The notes beneath the pieces are model-generated. The model worked only from the letters and a program-made list of their open reading frames with translations. It was not told where the DNA came from and did not search any database. Of a DNA stretch of 45,217 nt, positions 23,430-30,206 are shown piece by piece; positions within the stretch are counted from its first letter, which is position 1, and the number at the start of each line of letters is the position of its first letter. The DNA comes from Opitutia bacterium UBA4654. Its GTDB lineage: Bacteria; Bacteroidota; Bacteroidia; Bacteroidales; Bacteroidaceae. The DNA lies in contig CAVKOT010000001.1 in NCBI GenBank assembly GCA_963658045.1, positions 1 through 45,217 of the forward strand, written 5' to 3'. Made by a program: the position numbers and the translations under genes.

Positions 23430-24881
23430 ATGCCATTTACAGAGGATTTGGAGGGGTTGGTGCGCGCACATTTCACGCACGAACCTACAGAATGCCAGCA
23501 AAAAGCCATCATGGCGTGGGCTGAGTTTATGTTGAGCAGGGAGGCTGACGCGGCCTTCCTGCTGAGGGGGTATGCGGGCACGGGCAAGACCTCGCTCGTG
23601 GCGGCCATGGTGCAGACGCTCACCCAGCTGAAGCAGCCTGTCATGCTGCTGGCACCCACGGGGCGGGCGGCAAAGGTCTTCGCACAATATGCCGGGATGC
23701 CGGCCTACACCATCCACAGGAAGATTTACCGCCAGAGGGCACTCACCGACCCTGGCACCTTCCAGCCTGGCGTCAACCTGCACAAGCACATGACCTTCAT
23801 TGTCGATGAGGCATCAATGGTCTCCAATGCGGGAGGGGACGGTGGTGTGTCCTTCGGCACAGGCCGCCTGCTGGACGACCTCATCCACTATGTCTATTCC
23901 TGCGAGGGATGCAGGCTCATGCTCGTGGGCGACTCGGCACAGCTTCCCCCCGTGGGCACCGACGAGAGTCCCGCGCTTGACCAGGGTGTGCTGGCCAGCT
24001 ACGGACTGCGGGTGTGGCAGGCGCAGATGACGGAGGTGGTGCGCCAGGCGGGCAACTCGGGCATACTGTGGAACGCGACCATGCTGAGGCACATGCTGGC
24101 CAGGGCCGACGGGGGCATTGGCTTCCCACGCTTCCGCCTGCGGGGCATGCCCGACATACAGGTGGTGACTGGCGAGGAGTTGATAGAGTCGCTGGAGAGC
24201 AGTTATAGCCGCTGCGGCACGGACGACACGATGGTGGTGACCAGGAGCAACAAGCGGGCGGGCATCTTCAACCAGGGCATCCGCGCGCGCATATTATATA
24301 TGGAAGAGGAACTGGGCGGGGGTGACCAGGTGATGATAGCCCGGAACAACTACTTCTGGACTGAGCGGGAGGCATCTGCCTCGCCAGGGAAGGAGCAGCA
24401 GATGCCGTTCATCGCCAATGGGGACACGGCCATCGTGCGCCGCGTGCACAACGAGCGGAGGCTCTATGGCTTCCGCTTTGCGGATGCCACGCTCACCTTT
24501 CCCGACTACAGCAACCGCGAGATGGAGGTGACGGTGCTGCTGGACACGCTCATGAGCGAGTCCCCGGCACTCACGCGACAGCAGCAGGAGGCCCTGTTCC
24601 AGGCCGTGTGGGCCGACTATCCCGAGATTGGGGACAAGCGCGAGCGGATGAAGAGGCTGCGTGCCGACCCTTACTTCAATGCCTTGCAAATCAAGTATTC
24701 CTATGCTGTCACCTGTCACAAGGCACAGGGCGGGCAGTGGAGCCACGTCTATATCGACCAGGGATACCTCACCGAGGAGATGCTCACTCCCGACTATCTG
24801 CGCTGGCTCTACACCGCGCTGACACGTGCCACCGAGCGTGTGTTCCTCATCAACTGGCCAAAGCGGCAGGTGGAGGAGTAG
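23430..24881 (+). CDS. ATP-dependent RecD-like (SF1) DNA helicase
   Basis: The start is chosen at MPFTEDLEGL (ATG 23430). Walker A is GYAGTGKTS, and FIVDEASM and the C-terminal YAVTCHKAQGGQW..V motif are typical of RecD/TraA-type helicases. The ORF-track start at 23235 overlaps the divergent gene. Confidence 0.85.
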   Translation: MPFTEDLEGLVRAHFTHEPTECQQKAIMAWAEFMLSREADAAFLLRGYAGTGKTSLVAAMVQTLTQLKQPVMLLAPTGRAAKVFAQYAGMPAYTIHRKIYRQRALTDPGTFQPGVNLHKHMTFIVDEASMVSNAGGDGGVSFGTGRLLDDLIHYVYSCEGCRLMLVGDSAQLPPVGTDESPALDQGVLASYGLRVWQAQMTEVVRQAGNSGILWNATMLRHMLARADGGIGFPRFRLRGMPDIQVVTGEELIESLESSYSRCGTDDTMVVTRSNKRAGIFNQGIRARILYMEEELGGGDQVMIARNNYFWTEREASASPGKEQQMPFIANGDTAIVRRVHNERRLYGFRFADATLTFPDYSNREMEVTVLLDTLMSESPALTRQQQEALFQAVWADYPEIGDKRERMKRLRADPYFNALQIKYSYAVTCHKAQGGQWSHVYIDQGYLTEEMLTPDYLRWLYTALTRATERVFLINWPKRQVEE

Positions 24882-24910
24882 CACGTGCATCCAGCCACTG
24901 CCGTAATGCG

Positions 24911-26185
24911 TCACCGCAACAGCCACTTCCATGCGGGAAGGATGCGGATGGGATGTCCATCCACGTCTATCTCCTCCTCATGGTCACGCGTGATGACCAA
25001 GCCCTCGTATTCGGGAAAAGCCCTCATGAACCTGGCCAACGCACCCAGTTCACGCTCGCGGGTGGCAACATCGTCCATGCTGTAACTCACCTGTATGGCC
25101 ATTTTGGCCATTGGGACACAGAAATCAACCTCCACTCCCTTGCTGTAGTAATAAAGCGCAGGTTCTTCCTCTGTCCCCCGGTATCTGCGGTTCAGTTCCA
25201 CCGCCACGACGTTCTCCAGCAACTTGGTCTCTCCCTGCGACAGGAAAAGGTTGAGGATGCCATTGTCGGCCACATACCTCTTCTGTAGGACAGAACGCTC
25301 AGTCACAGGGGAAACAAGGTTGGGAACGGAGAAAAACAGATAGGCATCCTGCATATACCCCAGATAGTCCTTGAGCGCAGGCATACTGATGGTGTCTCCA
25401 GTTGACTTGACCATGTGCTGCATGCGTGTAAGTGAGGTGGGCTGCATCACGCTGTCGGCCAGTTTCCGGGCCAGGAATCTGAATACGCGCGGATTGCGTA
25501 TGCTGTTGCGCTCCACGATGTCTCCCAGGAGTATCTTTTGATAAAGGGCATTCATGTACTCGCGCTTGTCCGACTGTTCAAACGACTCTGCAATGCCTCC
25601 CTGATAAAGATACGTGGCAAACAGGCGCGCCACCCACGACCTGGACTCCGGGCTGTACTCCCAATTCCTGTCCAGTGTCACCTGGTGATAATCGAGGTAC
25701 TCCCGAAAGGAGAACGGGAACACCTCACGTGGGATATACCTACCACCCAGTGTGGAGGCCATCTCGTGGCTGAGCATTTTGGCGTTGCTTCCTGTAATCA
25801 TCACACGGTATTGTGAGTCGGCCAGGCGGCGGGCAAACTTTTCCCAGCCCTCCACGTTCTGTATCTCGTCCAGGTAGATGTATGGCCTCCGGCCTGGATA
25901 CAGTTCCATGTAAGCGTCAAGCACAATACCCAGTTCCTCTGCCTGGATATAAGCAAGACGCTCGTCCTCAAAGTTGACATACAGCATATCCTGGGCTGTC
26001 ATCTCCCCCGCCTTTATCCGGTCCTGGATGTCCTGGTAGAGGAGATACGACTTGCCTGCCCGCCTCAGTCCCACAAGCACATAATTAGTTCCCGTTCCGA
26101 ACTTCATATCCCTGTGCGTCAATGAATAGGCAGGAATTGCCTCCTGTTTCTCGATAATGATGCTCTTGATAATCTGTTTGTCCAT
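24911..26185 (-). CDS. AAA+ ATPase with a DUF4143-type C-terminal domain
   Basis: The start is chosen at MDKQIIKS (ATG 26185), supported by a -7 box at 26213-26220. Walker A is GLRRAGKS and Walker B is IYLDEIQ. The overall layout is COG1373-like. Confidence 0.85.
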   Translation of the reverse strand: MDKQIIKSIIIEKQEAIPAYSLTHRDMKFGTGTNYVLVGLRRAGKSYLLYQDIQDRIKAGEMTAQDMLYVNFEDERLAYIQAEELGIVLDAYMELYPGRRPYIYLDEIQNVEGWEKFARRLADSQYRVMITGSNAKMLSHEMASTLGGRYIPREVFPFSFREYLDYHQVTLDRNWEYSPESRSWVARLFATYLYQGGIAESFEQSDKREYMNALYQKILLGDIVERNSIRNPRVFRFLARKLADSVMQPTSLTRMQHMVKSTGDTISMPALKDYLGYMQDAYLFFSVPNLVSPVTERSVLQKRYVADNGILNLFLSQGETKLLENVVAVELNRRYRGTEEEPALYYYSKGVEVDFCVPMAKMAIQVSYSMDDVATRERELGALARFMRAFPEYEGLVITRDHEEEIDVDGHPIRILPAWKWLLR

Positions 26186-26212
26186 TTTGTCGTCCTCTGC
26201 AACTATACTTTG

Positions 26213-26220
26213 CAAAAATA
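26213..26220 (-). promoter_or_regulatory. Bacteroidota -7 promoter box (TATTTTTG on the minus strand)
   Basis: The plus strand reads CAAAAATA, 28-35 nt upstream of the ATG at 26185. It is embedded in three copies of GCAA(A)CTATACTTT. Confidence 0.45.
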
Positions 26221-26330
26221 GCAACTTTTCTGCAAGTATAGTTTCATTCTATTGCGAAAAGTTGCAAACTATACTTTACGTCTCTCTCAAAATGCCCGCT
26301 GAAAGCTACGCATCAAAGCAGAGAGGACAT

Positions 26331-26672
26331 TCAAGAACCTTCGTGCTTCGGGGAGAAAGGCACGCCAAAGGCAGGGTAAACCTCCACCCCACACCTGTCA
26401 ATGTGACTTCTAAACTCGGAATTCTGCAAACGGCCGTAGAGACAGAAGTCAAACTCGTAGGGCAACAGGAGGTCTTCCACCTCGTTTCTCAAGCCCAGAA
26501 TGTCGTCGAGTGTGGCCCCCTTACCCACCAGGGCTATATCCACATCAGAGAAAGGCTTGCTGGTTCCCTTGGTGCGCGAGCCAAAGAGAACCGCCTTCTC
26601 AATGTGCGGGAAGTGGGCCAGTACCTCCCGTAATTGTCTCCACACCTCCTCACCGATTCCGTATCTTGCCAT
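26331..26672 (-). CDS. Nucleotidyltransferase (MNT-type, HI0073-like) - antitoxin partner of the HEPN protein
   Basis: 113 aa. LFGSRTKGTSKPFSDVDIAL is the minimal nucleotidyltransferase G[SG]-x9-12-DxD signature. Confidence 0.85.
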   Translation of the reverse strand: MARYGIGEEVWRQLREVLAHFPHIEKAVLFGSRTKGTSKPFSDVDIALVGKGATLDDILGLRNEVEDLLLPYEFDFCLYGRLQNSEFRSHIDRCGVEVYPAFGVPFSPKHEGS

Positions 26673-26691
26673 GTCCTGGGGGCGAAAAGGG

Positions 26692-27135
26692 TCAGCGGGA
26701 GAGCCCAGTGTCCTTCAAAGAGTTCATCCTTTTGCTGAACTTGTCAAAGACGGGCAGGTAACTCCCTATGATCCGGCTTAACACGTCATTGAACTCATCC
26801 TCGTCATAACAATGCGAGGTGAGGTTGCGTGAGGAGATGGTGTCCATCCATGCCGCATCCTCAACAAGCCCCATCTGCAGGGCCTTGCGTATGGCATCCC
26901 TGGAGCCCAGCACATCGGTGTAGCCCTGATACTCCTCATAGTCCTTCATCACCTTCCAGGCCAACTCCTGGGTATATTCAAAACGCTGCACCAGTCCCTC
27001 CTTCAGCAGGTCGTCCACCTCGCTGTCGGCACGCCCCTGTTCCTGCACAATCCTGGCCGCACTACGCAGCCGCGCCAGTGCCTTGTCGTAATTGCTGAGC
27101 CGCTGTACCCAGCGAACATCTTGAGTCTGTGCCAT
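26692..27135 (-). CDS. HEPN-domain protein, HI0074-family nucleotidyltransferase substrate-binding subunit (toxin partner)
   Basis: 147 aa. FEYTQELAWKVMKDY and SRNLTSH (an Rx4-6H-like HEPN motif) are present. It lies 19 nt upstream of the MNT gene. Confidence 0.85.
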   Translation of the reverse strand: MAQTQDVRWVQRLSNYDKALARLRSAARIVQEQGRADSEVDDLLKEGLVQRFEYTQELAWKVMKDYEEYQGYTDVLGSRDAIRKALQMGLVEDAAWMDTISSRNLTSHCYDEDEFNDVLSRIIGSYLPVFDKFSKRMNSLKDTGLSR

Positions 27136-27148
27136 GCTTCTTTTTGCA

Positions 27149-27156
27149 CAAAGTTA
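27149..27156 (-). promoter_or_regulatory. Bacteroidota -7 promoter box (TAACTTTG on the minus strand) for the HEPN-MNT operon
   Basis: The plus strand reads CAAAGTTA, 14 nt upstream of the ATG at 27135, implying a near-leaderless mRNA. Confidence 0.45.
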
Positions 27157-27270
27157 AGCCAAATCCACGAATACACATCACTTTCTCCATCATATATCTA
27201 CGACTAAGCCCTATTGAGCCACCTTTCTGAGCCGTGGAATGCATTTCGTCCTCTGGCTGTCTGCGAAGAA

Positions 27271-27418
27271 GAGGGCACGCCAAAACACTGGCAATGCGCC
27301 CCGAAGGGGCAAAAGCGTTCACATCTTATGCTTTTGCCCCTTCAGGGCGTGCCTGGCAATGTGCCTGGATTAACCCAGGACGTTGTCCTGGGCTATGTGC
27401 TTTTGGGGCTTTCAGCCC
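27271..27418. repeat. REP/MITE-like multi-hairpin intergenic element
   Basis: A 20-bp inverted repeat, CGCCCCGAAGGGGCAAAAGC (27297-316) / GCTTTTGCCCCTTCAGGGCG (27330-349), has one mismatch. There are overlapping alternative hairpins CCTGG..CCAGG (27364-79) and CCCAGGAC-GTT-GTCCTGGG (27374-92), plus GGGC-TTTCA-GCCC (27406-18). GGCAATG(C/T)GCC is duplicated. Confidence 0.4.
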
Positions 27419-27474
27419 GCATTATCTGTATCTTGACACATTTCTTCTCGTTAGTTTTATGGTCTGCACATTTG

Positions 27475-28161
27475 TCACAAGTCCTCGCCATTGGCGTGGT
27501 TGTACTCGTTGTCGTAGTACATGGCTATGCTGTATTCGCCATTAGACTCACAAATAGTAAACCACACAGGTTTCTTGCGAAGATATTCTAAAGTCAAAGC
27601 GTAAGTGATTGACTGAACATCCTTTTGCATCTCCTCCGTAGGATTTTCCAGTTGCTCTGCGGTGTACTTTTTCAGCAACTCCTCTCTCATTCTTTGTTGG
27701 ATGGCAAGCGTGTCCACCTGCTCAGTATTTGGTTGCTGGTAGAATACCGCTTGATAACTCTTTTTATGCACCAACATCTCGAATGAGATACGTTCCTCAT
27801 CAGATAGAGTGTAGTCTCCCAAGGAAACATACCGTTTGTTCTCCTCAAACTGACGCACCAGGTTGTTATACCTTATCTTTATGTCAGCCTCACTACGGCC
27901 TTTCGCATCACACAAATAAATACGATAAACCTTGTTGTTGTTCGTAACGATAAACACATGCACACTCACCCCATTAAACTCCCCCTCCAGGAAGTCATAG
28001 CCCGGCAGTTTGGTCGGGGTAAACCCTTTAGCGATAAGTTTCCGGCGCATCTCCGCCTTGGTTCCATCCACAGGGATGCCCAGGAATTTCGTCACATCCC
28101 GCTGCGCCATAGCCGAGAGCACTGTGGCCGCCACGACCAGCAACATAAAAATCTTTTTCAT
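27475..28161 (-). CDS. Hypothetical secreted protein
   Basis: 228 aa with a signal peptide (MKKIFMLLVVAATVLSAMAQ). Its GC (~42% in a spot count) is lower than that of the flanking core genes. I recognise no family. Confidence 0.6.
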   Translation of the reverse strand: MKKIFMLLVVAATVLSAMAQRDVTKFLGIPVDGTKAEMRRKLIAKGFTPTKLPGYDFLEGEFNGVSVHVFIVTNNNKVYRIYLCDAKGRSEADIKIRYNNLVRQFEENKRYVSLGDYTLSDEERISFEMLVHKKSYQAVFYQQPNTEQVDTLAIQQRMREELLKKYTAEQLENPTEEMQKDVQSITYALTLEYLRKKPVWFTICESNGEYSIAMYYDNEYNHANGEDL

Positions 28162-28220
28162 AATCTATCTCCTTTCTTTTAGGTTCATTCTTCCCTGGAG
28201 CATAGACTATATCACGCGCG

Positions 28221-28434
28221 GAACGCAAAAGGGGGCGCAAGCCCCTTACTGCGTTCTGCGAGGTAGCGTAGGAATGAAACCTCTTCTCCTGCCAAATAAG
28301 TGCCCACGCCCCCATGGGGGCTGTGCATCGCTTATTATGGCAGGAGGGGGGCTTCCACGCATACAGGAATCCCTTACCTATTATCCTTGGTCCTTATTTC
28401 ACTTAAAGTTTCCTACGCTTTCAGCAGAACGCGA
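28221..28434 (+). ncRNA. Candidate structured RNA / MITE-like element with mutually exclusive pairings
   Basis: Hairpin A (28221-28256) is GAACGCA..GGGGC-GCAA-GCCCC..TGCGTTC with a plus-strand-only G-U pair. Hairpin B is at 28286-28346 (CTCCTGCCAAATAAG ... CTTATTATGGCAGGAG around CCCCCATGGGGG). A long-range inverted repeat joins GCGTTCTGC..AGCGTAGGAA (28251-28274) with TTCCTACGCT..GCAGAACGC (28411-28433) and competes with hairpin A for TGCGTTC. Confidence 0.3.
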
Positions 28435-28668
28435 GATAATAGCCAATGCTTTCTTCTTTATCAATAAGACTTGTGCGGTCAGGCGCACTTTCGTGGTCTT
28501 TCCGCCTCAAAGTTACGGCTTTTTGGCTAACGCGAGGGGTGCTCCGGAAGAATTTTCGGAAAAAGTTGTCCTGGCGTGTCACCTTTCGTGCGGCAGATGC
28601 GTTATTATAGATAGTGAGCAGGCTCAAGAAAACGGAATTATAAATCAAGAAAGACTGGAGAGAAGATT

Positions 28669-29112
28669 ATGAGTGGAGTAGTTGCAGGAATAGTGATAGT
28701 GACAGGATGTTGTGTGGTGCTGCCCATCGCGGTGGTGTCGATGGTCATGAGATACAAGACACACGAGGCCAACAAGCGTGCGGAGATTGTGCTGGCGGCT
28801 CTGGAGAAGAACCCAGGCGTGAACGTAGAGGAGGTCATGCACAGCATGAGCGCGACAAGGAAGAGCGTGAAGGAACGCCTCTTCCAGAGGTTGACGTACG
28901 GACTCGTATGCCTGGCTGTGGGGCTGGGGATGCTGGGCTACATGGCCATACAGACCCTGGAGTCGGGATGGAACGACAACATGGGCTCCCTCGTGCTGGG
29001 TGGCTGTATCGCGCTTGCGGTGGGACTGGCCTTCATCATCGCCTTCCTGATGGGCAAGCGCATGTTTGCCCACGAACTGGAGACAGAGGGACAGCGGGCC
29101 AACCTGGACTGA
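28669..29112 (+). CDS. Small integral membrane protein, first gene of the ECF sigma operon
   Basis: 147 aa with 3 predicted TM helices. It ends 12 nt before the sigma factor gene. Confidence 0.6.
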   Translation: MSGVVAGIVIVTGCCVVLPIAVVSMVMRYKTHEANKRAEIVLAALEKNPGVNVEEVMHSMSATRKSVKERLFQRLTYGLVCLAVGLGMLGYMAIQTLESGWNDNMGSLVLGGCIALAVGLAFIIAFLMGKRMFAHELETEGQRANLD

Positions 29113-29124
29113 GCGGGGGAACTG

Positions 29125-29604
29125 ATGGACAGAGAGGAGTTCACCCGACTGGTGCGCAAGGAGCAGGAGCCGCTGCGGCGGGTCCTGCTGGCCCTGTGCC
29201 TGGGCGACCGCATGCTGGCCGATGACCTGGCCCAGGAGACGCTGGTGAAGGCGTACCTGTCCTGCAGTGGCTACCATGACGAGGGGCGGTTTGCGGCATG
29301 GCTCTACAGGATAGCCTACCGCACGCTGCTCGACCACAAGCGTGGTCTGCGCCCCGCCACCGCGCTCGATGCGGCACACGAGGTGGCGGGCGAGGGCGGC
29401 AGTGACAGTGCCTTCCGCTACGAGGCACTGTATGCGGCACTGGGCACGCTGCCCGGGAACGAGCGCACGGCCATCCTGCTCTTTTACATAAAGGGATACC
29501 AGGCAAGGGAGATAGCGGACATCATGGAGTGCAGCGAGGACGCGGTGAGGAAGCAACTGCAGAGGGGCCGCGAGCATCTGAGACTAAAACTGGGTAAGGA
29601 ATGA
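29125..29604 (+). CDS. RNA polymerase ECF-type sigma-70 factor
   Basis: 159 aa. Region 2 is DDLAQETLVKAY...FAAWLYRIAYRTLLDHKR. Region 4 is ERTAILLFYIKGYQAREIADIMECSEDAVRKQLQRGR. Confidence 0.88.
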   Translation: MDREEFTRLVRKEQEPLRRVLLALCLGDRMLADDLAQETLVKAYLSCSGYHDEGRFAAWLYRIAYRTLLDHKRGLRPATALDAAHEVAGEGGSDSAFRYEALYAALGTLPGNERTAILLFYIKGYQAREIADIMECSEDAVRKQLQRGREHLRLKLGKE

Positions 29605-30017
29605 TGAAGAAGGACACTACACTGGAGGAGATTTTTGCCGGCTTCCAGCCCGACCTGGGCGACGGGAGTGAGTTCATGGCTGCGCTGGATCGCAAACTGG
29701 AGGCTGTGGAGTATGTCAGGAAGGTGCAGGAGGCACAGGTGCGCCGCTACCGCATGATGATGGTGGCCGCACTGGTGGTGGGGCTGGTGCTGGGCAGCGG
29801 GCTGACGGCCGCCGTGCTCCTGCTGCCCGACAGCGTGCCCTCGCTCACCTGGATGCTGCCGGGACTCACGATGGTCATCCCCGCCGAGGCCGTACGCCTG
29901 GCTGCCATCTGCGTGGCAGGCACCCTGCTGGGCCTTGCCAACATGGTGGGCGTATGTGCCGCAGCACCCTCCCCGGACTCCCTGTGGGGAGGGGCAAAGG
30001 CCATGGGCCGACATTAG
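29601..30017 (+). CDS. Putative anti-sigma factor / membrane protein
   Basis: 138 aa. Its ATG overlaps the sigma stop codon (ATGA). It has a single central TM region (MMMVAALVVGLVLGSGLTAAVLLL). Confidence 0.55.
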   Translation: MMKKDTTLEEIFAGFQPDLGDGSEFMAALDRKLEAVEYVRKVQEAQVRRYRMMMVAALVVGLVLGSGLTAAVLLLPDSVPSLTWMLPGLTMVIPAEAVRLAAICVAGTLLGLANMVGVCAAAPSPDSLWGGAKAMGRH

Positions 30018-30038
30018 GGGCAAGGTGTGCCCGAAAAC

Positions 30039-30124
30039 GCATGCCCCTGCATAGGGCTGCACATGCCCCTGCAAAGACAAACGCATGCCCCTGCATTGAT
30101 GAATGCAGGGGCATGCGTTTTTTC
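30039..30124 (+). terminator. Composite terminator: 3 direct (G/A)CATGCCCCTGCA arms at a 22-bp period plus an inverted arm plus a T-run
   Basis: The arms start at 30039, 30061 and 30083. The inverted arm TGCAGGGGCATGCG is at 30104-30117, followed by TTTTTTC. Confidence 0.75.
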
Positions 30125-30206
30125 GTGTACCACAGTGGTGGCACCTGTTCCATCTGTATCTGTCCCTCCCCTCGTGTGGCGGAGGAGGGGCTACGGCCAG
30201 GCTTCC

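Noticed and set aside
24294-25288. ORFs 24294-24932 (-) and 24608-25288 (+) spanning the helicase/ATPase junction.
   Set aside because: Each is antisense to a gene with clear Walker motifs (the RecD-like helicase and the DUF4143 ATPase).
23430-26185. The idea that the RecD-like helicase and the convergent DUF4143 ATPase form a two-gene defence system.
   Set aside because: The genes are convergent, not co-transcribed. The helicase sits in a GC-rich housekeeping block (rsmD cluster). Nothing in the sequence links them functionally, so only the ATPase / HEPN-MNT patch is reported, as a modest finding.
28645-30153. ORFs 28645-29577 (-), 29484-30086 (-), 28707-29225 (+) and others over the ECF sigma operon.
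   Set aside because: They are antisense or out of frame relative to the sigma / anti-sigma genes. They are Arg/His/Gly/Ala/Gln-rich shadow translations.
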